Shown here in pieces: positions 13,508 through 25,683 of a DNA stretch of 64,000 nt (positions are counted from its first letter, which is position 1; the number at the start of each line of letters is the position of its first letter). This DNA comes from Octopus sinensis (taxonomy: Eukaryota). Made by a program: the position numbers and the translations under genes. Below the pieces are notes generated by a model. It had not been told where the DNA came from. It saw only the letters and a list, made by a program, of their open reading frames with translations, and did not search any database. The stretch lies in assembly GCF_006345805.1 (NCBI RefSeq), contig NC_043012.1, positions 39,246,001 to 39,310,000 on the forward strand. The letters run 5' to 3'.

Positions 13508-13892
13508 TGTGTGTATGTGGTGTGTGTGTGTGTACGTGTGCGTGCGTGTGTTTGTGTGTGTGTGCCTGTATAGGTGTACATTCATACAAATGTATTTTAT
13601 GTGTATATATATATATACATATATACACACACATGCAAATACACAAGCACACATTCACACATACGCACATACGCACATTCACACACACACATTCACACAT
13701 ACACACACCATACACGCACACGCATACACACACCCACACACACATACATAAGTAATTGTCGTGTATGATATAATCGAGATTTTTTACATTCCGTTCCATT
13801 GTCATAGCTCTAATTAATGTTTAATTATTTATCGAGCCCTTTCAGTGGGAAATGCTTAATTTTTAGGTGGGCTGTCTGACAGGTCATCTAAC

Positions 13893-13955
13893 CATCCATC
13901 TGTCTATCCATCCATCTGTCTATCCATCCATCTGTCTATCCATCCATCTGCCTAT
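13893..13955. repeat. 16-bp minisatellite (CCATCCATCTGTCTAT) x ~4
   Basis: Direct tandem units visible. Confidence 0.85.
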
Positions 13956-14884
13956 TTTTCTATCTCTTTGTCATTTTTCTTACCATCCATCTGGTTGCTT
14001 GTCTGTCAATGTATAAGCGTGTGGATATGTCTGCCTGTCTGTGTACAGACATCCAATCTCTTCACTTTTACACTCACTCATGCTGTTGACACAAATATAT
14101 AGAAACATTTGAATATAAGTATATGTTATTTTGTGTGTCTCTGTGTGTATGTGTGTGTGTCTGTGTGTGTGTGCGCGTTTAATAGAATGGATGTGTCTGT
14201 ACCTGTGAGTTGAAGACTCGTGAGTTTGATGCATATAATGTATACGTTCGTAAACACACTGCTCCGTATGAACACATACGTGGTTTGACCGATAAACATC
14301 TGTGATTTGTGAGTGTATAACAGATATAAATCTGCCTGCGAGCGTATATTTGTGTGTGTGTGTGTGTGTGTGTGTCTGTCTGTCTGTGTGTGTGTGTGTA
14401 TGTATGAGCATGCATGTGTATGTATGTGTGGGTGTGTGTATGTGTGTAAGTGTACGTGTGTGCATGAGTGATTTTTTTCCAGAAACGGACAATTATTGTT
14501 GTGAATGGTACATCGTATTCTTCAATATGCCTAATTCCTCTCCCTCTCTCTGTCTCTCTCCTCCTCTCTCTGTCTGTCTGTCTCTCCCTCTCTCACGCAA
14601 AAACTACGTACATATAAACGCATAAATATAAGCAGAGGGGAGCGTGTATGTGTGTGTATCAACATCGTATTCTTAATGTGTCTCAGATATATGAAAATGG
14701 AGGCGAAGTACATATACAACAACGGGATGTGTTAAAACTACATATGTTGGTCGATTTTTATTGCGCAGTCGCAGCTCAACATTGAGCCAGCAGACATTTT
14801 GATCGGAGGCAGTCCTTCTACTATACACAAAATTCTTTAACAATTTGTTTGACATGATTCCTAATAATATCCTTTTAAATCTTT

Positions 14885-15170
14885 TATTTGTTTCAGTCAT
14901 TTGAGTGCGGTCATGCTGGAACACCGCCTTTAGTTGAACAAATCGGCCTCAGGACTTATTCTTTGTAAGCCTAGTACTTATTCTATCGGTCTTTGGCCGA
15001 ACCGATAAGTGACGGGGGCATAAATACACCAGCATCGGCCATCAAGCTTGGTGGGTGACAATCACAGATACACAAACACCTACACACACTCACACACACA
15101 CAAACACACACACACATATTTTTTTTTATTTCAGCTCAGAGCTGCGGCCATGCTGATGCACCGCCGTTAA
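14885..15170 (-). mobile_element. SINE family B 3' fragments
   Basis: TTTCAGTCATTTGAGTGCGGTCATGCTGGAACACCGCC...CTAGTACTTATTCTATCGG matches the reverse complement of the family B 3' half. Confidence 0.8.
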
Positions 15171-16201
15171 ACATAGAAACGAACTTTTTTTGGAGCAACG
15201 AAAAAAACAAACAGAAAAACGAGACATGCAACATGAAGAATATTCCCCTTCTTCAGTTGTCCCTGTTCCGTCTACTCCGCGTGAAAGCAAATTAAATAAA
15301 ATTTGGGATTTTTGTGGACGGTGAAAGTTGTAACAAGAACAGAGCAGTGAGAACAAAACAGTAAAAACAAACGGTGAGGGCTGTTAAGCCGAGACGATAG
15401 AAAAATATACCTACCTAACACAGAGCTGGATACGTATTCTCCTTATTCCATCTACTAAGGAAGAAATAATTTTATAGCATTTGTAATATAGAAATAAATA
15501 GAATATTGCAAATCCTAATGTTACATTCATATTGGATAAGACAACAGCGTGTCTAAAATAATACCTTTTTGGTTGAGGGCGATAATGCTAATAAAATGGT
15601 AAGACTGTATATCGTAAAAATACCAATTTCCTTCTTAATATCTGATTCATTTAGTAATGAGCAAAGTATCCAATTATTCCAAAGAAAATTACAGAATAAA
15701 AAAGGTTTAAAAAAAGTAAGATTTAAAGACAAGCAGAAATTTAAATATTTTACAAGGTTTAACAATAAAATTAGAAAATAAGACAGAAACATATATATAT
15801 ATATATATAAACGAATAACATTTCAACAAAAAATATTTAGTTTCCATGTATCCAAAATGGTGCGTGGATTAAGGCGTAATTGTCAGCACAATCAATACGT
15901 AGCGGTATTTGTAGATGAATTGATGTCTGTGTATATAAAGTGAATGTATATGCAGATGCGCATGTACATATGAATATGATCTCAACCCCTGTATATATAT
16001 ATAAATGCATATATATACATATGTGTATATACGTATGTGTGTGTTCGTATAAACATGCATCAATATAGCAACTTTACGCGCATATATAGCTGCGATATGC
16101 ATATACGTAGAAAAGCATATACATGTTTGGAGGTATACATAGAAACACACGTAACTTCACAAACACACACATGATACCACAGTCACAGCTATATATATGC
16201 G

Positions 16202-16251
<50 letters not shown>

Positions 16252-16914
16252 CATGTGTGTCTCTCTATATGAGCATATATATTATATATATATATGAGCA
16301 TATATGTTTGTATACTTTTGTATAAATTTATGTGTATGTGAGTATGTAGGTACATATATATCTCTGTGTGTGTATGTAGGTATGTATGTACGTGCATACA
16401 CACATAAATGTATACGCACACACACAGATAAACACAATCATTGTTTAATCAATCGCTAGCATTCTCAGATAGCACCTTAGGGATTTTAGAAGGAATATGA
16501 AATAAATAATTATAAGCAAACACCACAAAATACAACAAAATAAAACTAAAATAAGCAAGCAAACGAAAAGACAACAATATAGACGCAAAGAAAGCAAAAA
16601 TTTGTAAATATTTAAAACCCACAACTACGTACTCATCCACAACAACGATATATATTAGTAAGGTAGGCTGTATTTGTGCAAAACAAATTTGATATAATTA
16701 AAGTATTTAGATTTCACACAATATAATCCAATTTTGTGGATATCTGCGTTTGTTTGATTCGTTCATAGAGTTTGTTCTTAAATGAAATATCCTGCGGTTA
16801 GTTATGTTCGATAATTTGACTGGTTTCTATTCCTTAACTAAGAACAAAACAGTGTGATGTTGTCACTACCACTAAATACACACATACAAATCTATTCATC
16901 GCCCTATCTACCTA

Positions 16915-16953
16915 TCTATTTATCTATCTATCTATCGATCTATCTATCTATCG

Positions 16954-17025
<72 letters not shown>

Positions 17026-17057
17026 CTCCGTCTATCTATTATTCTATTTATCGATCA

Positions 17058-17110
<53 letters not shown>

Positions 17111-17169
17111 ACTATCTGTTTGTCTATCTATCTATCTATTCATCTATCAATTATTCTATTTATCGATCA

Positions 17170-17254
<85 letters not shown>

Positions 17255-17305
17255 ACTATCTGTCTGTCTGTCTATCTATCTATCTATATATCTATCTGTC
17301 TCTCC

Positions 17306-17367
<62 letters not shown>

Positions 17368-17385
17368 GTCTATCTATCTATCTAT
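16915..17385. repeat. (TCTA)n tetranucleotide microsatellite
   Basis: Directly visible. Confidence 0.95.
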
Positions 17386-17619
17386 TTTTCTGTCTCTAAG
17401 CGAGGCGGGATGGGTTCGATAGATGAGCCTACGAAATTTTAAGCTGCATGGAACCGAATCAATCTATTACTAAATAAATATGGAGGTGGATGGTTGTGTG
17501 CGTGTGAGATAGAAAGAGAAAGCGAGTGTGTGTGTGTGTGTGCGTTTATGTGTGTGTCACGTTATATATAAAATTAACTTTAAGCTGAAGGATTACTCAG
17601 CACTTTTTGCATTGTGCGT

Positions 17620-17890
17620 ATTACCTCCGCCTTCGCTAAGGCGGAGGTATTGCTTTCAGTCTTGTCAGTTTGTTTGTCCGTGGTGAACAAGATATCTCAA
17701 GAACCGCTGGATGGATTCCGATGAAACTTTCAGGAACGTTTCTCTTCATAACTTGCACGAATTGATTAGATTTTCGGGTCGATCTGGTACCGGACAAGGA
17801 TTCTGGATTATTTTTCCTGCTTTTTTATTTAATTGTTGAGAGAGGTCGCGCTCATTTGTGAGAGCAATCGAGTTTATTTCAGATATTCTC
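17620..17890 (+). mobile_element. Hairpin-headed non-autonomous element (HINE/DINE-1-like)
   Basis: 10-bp stem TACCTCCGCC-ttcgctaa-GGCGGAGGTA (17622-17649), then GTTTGTTTGTCCG...GGATGGATTCCGATGAAACTTTCAGG; family label is from memory of similar fish and invertebrate repeats. Confidence 0.45.
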
Positions 17891-18230
17891 ATTTTAATTT
17901 ATTAACGTTTTTATTAGAAAAGGCTTGTTAACAATCATTGCATATGTATCTGTGCAGTATGCAATAATGCTACCAATAAATGTGATGAAAATTAAAATAC
18001 TCAGTACATTTGGTGCGTTGCAATAGGTCATAATGTAGCTATTACAGCTCCCTAGTTTGATATTCAGAGAAAATATGAGTGAATCTTCAAACATTGGCGC
18101 ATAAAAGTTGAATGCAAACATCAGTGAGCTTATACGAATCTTTTTAATAATGGCGTCCGTGTGTTTCTGGTATAGGAAGAAATGCATATAAAGGACAATG
18201 TATACATGCATACATGCATACAGACACAGA

Positions 18231-18260
18231 AGTGGCTGTGTGGTAAGTAGCTTCTTACCA
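18231..18260 (+). mobile_element. 5' head of a SINE family B copy split by an insertion
   Basis: AGTGGCTGTGTGGTAAGTAGCTTCTTACCA; the SINE resumes at 20268. Confidence 0.8.
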
Positions 18261-18555
18261 GACAGACGTGCTGTTTTTTGCTCCGGCAAATGTCACGTGT
18301 TAACGTGAATTATTGAACATTTACGGCAACAGGTAGGACATTTTGGATATTTTTGGAAGCATAGTGAGGTTTATTGCTTGCCGTTAATACTTTTTGGCAT
18401 TAATGTTAATTAGTGTTAACACTTTTCTGCGCGTAAAAAGCTTCACTTGCTTCGGATGTATTTGTTCTGCCTATTGGCGTATTTATTGTCTCACCTTTTA
18501 GTGAGAATTGTGTATTTTGAAGAGGCATAGCCCCTCCTCAAAAATTAATTTGTTC

Positions 18556-18645
18556 GCTTGGATTTACCACGGAGAACCAATTGTGCTTGGATTTACCACG
18601 GAGAACCAATTGTGCTTGGATTTACCACGGAGAACCAAGTGTGCT
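18556..18645 (+). repeat. 3 x 29-bp tandem repeat in the element's 5' UTR
   Basis: GCTTGGATTTACCACGGAGAACCAATTGT starting at 18556, 18585 and 18614. Confidence 0.95.
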
Positions 18646-18810
18646 GCAACTAGGAGTACCCTGTTTCGTGAGGATTACCAGTTGCAGAACTGTGTTGCCA
18701 TTATTTGAACTGTCTTCCTTCGTCCTTTTCTCTGTTCTGTCTTTCTGTTCTGTCATTATGTTTTTTTCTTATTGGACTTTGAACTTTTAGTTGAACTTTT
18801 TTTCAAAATC

Positions 18811-20015
18811 ATGGCAACAAAAGAAACCACTGCTTTGGAATGGGAGGTTGTCCCACCCAGGCAGTAGATTGAAAGTCTTGAGAAGAGGACGGTGGTCCTA
18901 CGAACCTATTCTAGGTCGCGTGGAGCTATCGCCCTCTTCGACAGGAGCACCATACAGAAAGAGTTGGGGGACCACCTACCAACGATAAAGTTTATTTCTC
19001 GGGGGAGTAAATTTGCAACGGTGTGGTTGCTGTTTGGTACCCCGAGGAAGCTAGCAGATTTGCTAGCGAGCCACTGGAGGGAGAGGAAATTTTGTTCCTC
19101 CCCTCGTATTGTGGCAGAAAAGTAAAAAGAGCCTGGGTTTGTGGGATGCCCCCGGGCACGGAGGCGGAATGGATCGAGAAGACCATCCGGCAAGGCCTGG
19201 GGGATAGCGGACCCAGGCTACTGAGTGTGAAAATGGCTCCCGCGGTCGCCTGGGAGGGGTCAAAGGCAACTTTGACCCTATGGACACACCGGTGGCCGTG
19301 GGGGAAATGAAATTCCCGGACTTCCTGAGAATGGCTGGGCACAGGTACCCGGTGACACTCGAGGGACGCCCCCCCCAAGTGTCACCTGTGCCTGAAGCCC
19401 GGACATATCAAGAGGAATTGTCCCGGGGGCCGTGGTGGTGCCCCGGAGCATGAAGGGGAAAAGGCGCCCGCCGGCCCCTCATTGGAGGGGGAGACGGTGG
19501 AAGTCGTGGAGGAGGTTGCCTCCACGAAAAGAAAGAGACAGGCAAGCAACAATGGCTGCTCGCCAAAGAACGCTCAGGTGGCGGAGGGGGATAGCGATCC
19601 CCCGTGTCTGGTGACAGAGTCCCCTGGGTCAGCAGTCTCCTCCAAAAGAAGGAGGAGAAAAAGAAAGAAAGGTCGGGCGGCTGATATCCATGAGCCGCAG
19701 ACGTTGGCGGGAACTGTGCCGCCAACGAAAGAACTGAACGTATTGGTCCTCTTCTATAGAGGAGGAGAAATTGAAAAAAAAATGATGGAAGAGTACCACA
19801 AGGGAGCTCCTTTAGCCTTCACACAGGATCCCGAATGGCCTCCGCAGATAGCTGTGGAGGCCGTGGCGTTCGACGTGACGCTTGGGCTAAAGGAGCTCAA
19901 TGAAGATTATAGCTTGGTCCCGGGCGACGCGAACTCGGAACTTGATTACGTTCTGAGGGAGGCGTGTATGATGGTGGAGGGGGCGGGCACAAGCTATTTC
20001 GAGGACGATATGTAA
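18811..20015 (+). pseudogene. Disrupted gag-like ORF1 with CCHC zinc knuckle
   Basis: ATG at 18811 (MATKETTALEW...), TAG at 18865-18867, further stops and frameshifts; CHLCLKPGHIKRNC (CX2CX4HX4C) at 19380-19421, in frame with ORF 19482-20015. Confidence 0.8.
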
Positions 20016-20267
20016 TTATTGAACTGTTAGTATTAATAATGGACTGCTAAGTCCAAAATTGGAAAATTGAAAGAGGTTTAATACCTCGTTTTGTGTTTAT
20101 CTTTAAAAAGAACAATGTTTTAGAGAAGCGAAAGTCGGCGGGCGCTTTTTGTCTTCTCCTATCCTTATCATCTGTCTTTCATTATCATTCACTTCATTAA
20201 TGTCCTTGTCCAGCCCGCAAAGCTAACTTAATTTGTGTACTGCCTTTATGGCAAATGTTTTGAAATA

Positions 20268-20660
20268 AAGTAGCTTACTTACCAACCACATGTTTCCGCG
20301 TTCAGTCAGACTGTGTGGTACTTTGGACAAGTGTCTTCTACTATAGCCTCGAGCGGACCAGAATCTTGTGAGTGGATCTGGTAGACGGAAACTGAAAGAA
20401 GCCCGTCGTATATGTGTTCGTGGGATTCTGTGCGTGCGTGTGTGTGTGTGTTTGTGTTCTGTGTTTGTCCCCCCACCATCGCTTCACAACCGATGTTGGT
20501 GCGCTTATGACTCGGTTACTTAGCGGTTCGGAAAAAGATACCAATAGAATAAGTGCTAGGCTTACAAAGAATAAGTCCTGAGGTCGAATTGTTCTTCTAA
20601 AGGCAGTGTACCAGCATGGCCGCAGTCAAATGACTGAAACAAGTAAAAGAATAAAAGAAT
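20268..20660 (+). mobile_element. SINE family B remainder (3' of the insertion)
   Basis: AAGTAGCTTACTTACCAACCACATGTTTCCGCGTTCAGTC...GTAGACGGAAACTGAAAGAAGCCCGTCG...GACTGAAACAAGTAAAAG. Confidence 0.9.
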
Positions 20661-20753
20661 ATATTTATATATATTTGTTTATATGAAAGTCTTTGTAAAA
20701 ATTACTTAATACAGCTTTTGAGTATAAAGTGGATTTAGAAAAATAATCCCTTT

Positions 20754-20837
<84 letters not shown>

Positions 20838-20871
20838 ATATATATGTATATATATGTACATATAAATGGCT

Positions 20872-21120
20872 CATGACTCAGTGTTTAGAGTATCGGGCTC
20901 ACAATTACCAGGTAGTGAGTCCGATGCCTGAGCTGTGTGTTGTGTTCTTGAGCAAGACACTTTATTTCACATAGCTGTATTTCTCTTATCCGTTGAAATG
21001 AGTTTCCACCTCACAGGCCCCAAGCTGTAGATGAGGCTTGCATGCATGGAGTTGGGCCTCGGAGAAGAACTTTCTAGGTGTACTCCCATCCCATGGCCAT
21101 TCGTGACCGAAGGGTGTCCG
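20872..21120 (+). mobile_element. SINE family D copy
   Basis: GTGTTGTGTTCTTGAGCAAGACACTTTATTTCAC and the 3' CCCATGGCCATTCGTGACCGAAGGG match 100-430. Confidence 0.65.
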
Positions 21121-21138
21121 CCTACATATATATAAATA

Positions 21139-21192
<54 letters not shown>

Positions 21193-22913
21193 ATGTGTGT
21201 GTGTGTGTGTGTGTGTATGTTTGTGTGTATGCAAAGACAATAGTTCGTTATATACCGATAGGATATAACTTCCTTGTTTAGCCCAAAATAATGGGGCAGA
21301 ATATATTTATTTAATTTTATTGATGTGTGATTAAATGGAACGGCTACAGCGTAAGTAGATGAGGGTGATTATCAAACAGACAATAACACGAGATTGTGAA
21401 AATATTAAAAGGTGTGTTATGGGCCGGATGCATCAATAGCAAATTTTGAGTGTACGTTAAAGCCGAGCAGAAAAGTAATGTAATTGCTTCTGGAAAATAT
21501 TAAGCTATCTAAGTAATAATTCAGTCAGGTGACAATATGATGTTCCAGTGTTTGAGTAGATATTTATCGAAGTGGCGACACTCTGTGAACACCTTTTGTC
21601 TTTTGATAGATCATGAATGTTAAATAAAGTATATCTTAAAATCAGTGACTATCACCGCATAGTCTGCTAGGCAATACATTCAAATCTCTCATAAATTTCG
21701 CCATACCCTTCTAAGAATGTGATGTATGCATTAGCACATGTACTCCTACATAGACTGTGCCTGAAACAGAAGAAAATATATAAGCTAGACACGGTTGCAA
21801 TGAAAATGTCTACATAGATCTACTGGATGAGAGGATACCAAGTCTTCAGGCCGCCAACGACGGTAGCACATGCCCTATAATGTAGCTCTAATTACACAGT
21901 ATCCAAAGAAATAAGCCGGAAAAATTACTACTTCTTTACCATGTTCTGTAATATAACAGATCTCACCAATAAAAAAAATCAACAATAATTACAATGTCGG
22001 ACTTGCACATACGTCGGATTTTTCCTATGGTACATTATGCTATGAATTGAAATCCCGCGAAGAACACGCTTGCCTGGCTCCTATTCAGAGTCGTCATTAT
22101 ATAATACTAACCCTGCACTAATAGTCTTTTCTATTTTATCACTGAGACCTTCACGTCAAAATTTTTACTCCTCAACACTACAACAATTTTGAATCTATGT
22201 TCAAGTTCCTTTTTTAACCGCATAATTTGGAGTGGTGTTGCTGTAACTAGACTCATTCAACATCATGACGAATATAACGGTCGAGGTTTTATAGAAGCAG
22301 ACTATATTGAAATCGGAAAGTAAGTCTATCTTTGACTTTCAATCACTTCACTGAGTGTAGCTTTGATAATTCCCTGGAGTTAATCAGGCTAATCAAGCAT
22401 TGATTGATTCGTTCATCTAATTACAGAATTGCAAGCGTTTGACACTGGTTATCATATGTGCGTGAGGTAAATAATTATTGATTCATATCGATTGATATAA
22501 CTTAATATACAAACCACTCCACACACAAATCTATACGCACACACAAATATGAGTTTGTATATGTGTATGGTGTCGACTATGGGTATAAATATTAATGTGG
22601 GTTCGCATCGCCTGTATATACATATATGTGTGTGTGTATGTGTGAATATACATACATTTGGACACACAACAGACTATCGTTCATATATATATATATATGC
22701 ATGTACGAGTATAAATGTATAACTAGTAGTCTTTTAAGTATGCAATATTAAAAACACGAAGGCGGTTGAGTTTAATCTGTTTTATTAAAGATTATTCATA
22801 TTTCCTCGTTAGTCTTTCATATTTAGTTTGCAGCAATATTCTTCGTAAGTCGATTACTGTTTTCAAACCTTATCTGCTTCATCTTCTGCAAAGCGAAGAT
22901 AGCGTTGTTTCAT

Positions 22914-22975
<62 letters not shown>

Positions 22976-22995
22976 ACACATACATATATATATAT

Positions 22996-23039
<44 letters not shown>

Positions 23040-23556
23040 GTCGTTACCGTCTTGCTTTTTTTTACCCCTCTGCGAAAAGATCTCAGAATTTTAATTGATT
23101 TGCTTTTCGCGGGAAGGAAGTTTTCTTCGAAGTATACGTCTCGCTTTTATCCTTCGAAACGTTTAGTAGATGAAACCTTAGCGACTGAAGAAGGGGATTT
23201 TTCGTTGTGCTTATTGTCCTGTATCTCTCTTTTTTTTGCTTGTCTTGTTCCTTGGTTTGTGTCTATGTGTTTCGTCTCTCTATGTGTTCGACGTCTTTTT
23301 GGTGTCCTGTACACATATATGCGTGTATATGTACATGTAGAGGTAGGTACGTACATATATGTTTATATATATGCATATGTTCTATTTTATTAACATATAT
23401 ATATATATAAGTAGTTGAATGAATTATCCTAGTATGGATAATTCGGTTAACCGATACCCGGTTAGCAAATTTACGTCAGAAAGCACGATTGAAGCTACAT
23501 GCCAAGGGCAGAAATCACGTGCTTTCGTGTGGAAATTTGTGTGTTTTTTTTACTAT

Positions 23557-23810
23557 AGATAAATGGAAGAATGGAGTCGAATGACGATTTAAAAAAATTC
23601 CTTTATTTTCGAAACATGTTTCGAAGACTGCATATTCTTAATTCCGAAGGAATAAAGGGTGCAGTTTTTGTTCATCATGATGCTGACATAAGTTCCTTGT
23701 CTTTCCTGATGAGAAGACGGCCTAATGCACCCTTTATTCCTTCGAAACATGTGTCGAGAATAAAGGAATTTTGTTAAATCGTCGTTTGACTCCATCCTTT
23801 CATTTATCTA
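23557..23810. mobile_element. ~250-bp fold-back element with nested inverted repeats
   Basis: ~70-bp outer arms (TAGATAAATGGAAGAATGGAGTCG... / ...GACTCCATCCTTTCATTTATCTA); inner 18-bp pair GAAGGAATAAAGGGTGCA / TGCACCCTTTATTCCTTC; abuts (TA)n. Confidence 0.85.
23695..23766 (+). ncRNA. Putative type I hammerhead ribozyme (intact core)
   Basis: CTGATGA 23706-23712; helix II GAAG/CTTC; GAAAC 23744-23748; helix III AC-ATGT-GT; GTC triplet 23753-23755; interrupted helix I CCTTGTCTTTC/GAGAATAAAGG. Confidence 0.6.
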
Positions 23811-23822
23811 TATATATATATA

Positions 23823-23884
<62 letters not shown>

Positions 23885-23916
23885 ATATTATATATATATA
23901 TATTATATATATATTA

Positions 23917-24220
23917 GAAGGTTTGGAGATGATGTACAGGTATTTTATATTAGAAGAAATGAGATACTCAGAAATTCGGATTGTTTTATATTTACAGATA
24001 TTTATTTGTACATTACATGTTTTATATACATCATATAACTTAGATCATGTATTAGCGCTTTCTCCCATTCTAGTGGGGTTTTCAAACCGAACTAAGTTCC
24101 TGTGAAAAGGTTTTGACCATTTTATAGTGTTATAGGTTGTGTAGTGGTGGGGAGGGACATAAGACAGTACAAGAGGGTGATGAATGGGGAGAAAGTGAGA
24201 GAGAAAGAGAGAGAGAGAGC
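23917..24220 (+). repeat. Interspersed repeat, inverted partner of 27530-27830
   Basis: GAAGGTTTGGAGATGATGTACAGG...GGGGAGAAAGTGAGAG is the reverse complement of 27530-27830 with scattered mismatches; partial tandem copy at ~24385-24495. Confidence 0.85.
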
Positions 24221-24641
24221 ATGTATGCGTGTGTGCATGTGTGTGTGTTTTTGTATTTGGAAGGTGTGTTAAAGATAAAGAGGGGAAGGGAGAAAAGGGA
24301 GAGAGGGAAGATGAAAAATTGTTTTGCTGGTTAGTTGGTCAGGATGTTTACTCCAAGGGGGGTCTAAGATCTTGGGTAAAAGAATTTAAGTTTTGACCAT
24401 TTTATAGTGTTACTGAGTGTGTAGTGGCGGGGAGGGATATAAGACAGTACAAGAGGGTAGTGAATGGGGAGAAAGTGAGAGAGAGAGAGAGAGCATGTGT
24501 GTGTGTGTGTGTATGTGTGTGTGTGTGTGCGTTTCTGTATCTGGAGGGTGTGTTAGAAAAGAAGAAGAAAAGGAAGGAAGGGGAGGGAAGGTAGACCATG
24601 AATTATATTTCCTTTTTATCGTTGTCTTGTGAGAGTGTGTG

Positions 24642-24674
<33 letters not shown>

Positions 24675-24876
24675 TTAAGGAGGATTGGTCAAATGGTTTT
24701 TGGTTTTTAGAAAAGAAGATTTGTCTGGAATTCTTTTTATTATTGTTTTGGGGAGGTGTGTGTGAGTCTGGAAGGGGTGTCGTTGGAGAAGGGAAGAAAG
24801 AAGAAAAAAGAGGAAGAAGAAATAATTGTGTTGATATTTATTCCACTATATATATATTATATATATAATATATATA

Positions 24877-24908
<32 letters not shown>

Positions 24909-24952
24909 GAATTTACTTGAAGAGAAAATAACGCGTGCGTTCAGTCATATAT

Positions 24953-25379
24953 TAACAATTTAATAAATAAAACATATGCATATATTCATGCATATATGTA
25001 CATACCTACATCTATATGTATATATACATGCATATATGAGTACAGGATACCACAATATAAACGTAGAACACAACGAGAAACGAAAACATAAAATCAAACA
25101 AGGAAACGGACCTTTTTTAATAACAGAGTACAAGACAAACAATACAAGGAAAATTCCCCTTCATCAGCTGCCCCTGCTTCGACTCAATGTGTGTTCTTCT
25201 GTTTTTTCGTTGTTAAAAAAGTCCGTTTCCTTGTTTGATTTTATGTTTTCCTTTCTCGTTGTGTTCTACGTTTATATTGTGGTATCCTGTACTCATATAT
25301 GCATGTATATATACATATAGATGTAGGTATGTACATATATGTATGTATATATGCATATGTTTTATTTATTAAATTGTTA
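24953..25379. repeat. ~430-bp palindrome (arms ~170 bp, spacer ~85 bp)
   Basis: 24953-25124 pairs with 25209-25379; related direct copy at ~23165-23400. Confidence 0.9.
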
Positions 25380-25406
25380 TTATATATATATATATATATA
25401 TAATAT

Positions 25407-25444
<38 letters not shown>

Positions 25445-25592
25445 CAAAAAGCAATAAAGATTCAAGTTAATTTAAATGAATTTACTTGAATATGGTACCT
25501 AACTTAGATGCACCAAAAAAAACTATACTGTTTTAACAATACAGTAATGTGGGGTGATTATAAGCGAGAAGAAGCAACAAGAATGGATAGGT

Positions 25593-25683
25593 TTTTAGTA
25601 CAATCGTTTCATACAAGGACAGGCTTTATTAAAAGTTGCAAAAATTACAGCATATAAACGTGTCCCGTACTCATCAGCTAAAA
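25593..25683 (-). ncRNA. Putative type I hammerhead ribozyme (mirror copy)
   Basis: Reverse complement of 27177-27267. Confidence 0.7.

Larger units (their letters stand above)
18261..20267 (+). mobile_element. ~2-kb ORF1-only non-LTR retroelement (HAL1-like, Tx1/L1-type ORF1)
   Basis: Bounded by near-identical AAGTAGCTT(A)CTTACCA repeats (18245-18260 and 20268-20284); AATAAA at 20264-20269; single gag-like ORF; no EN or RT recognisable. Confidence 0.75.

Noticed and set aside
18556-18645. 29-bp repeats as a CRISPR array
   Set aside because: Units are contiguous with no spacers, there are no cas genes, and the context is eukaryotic
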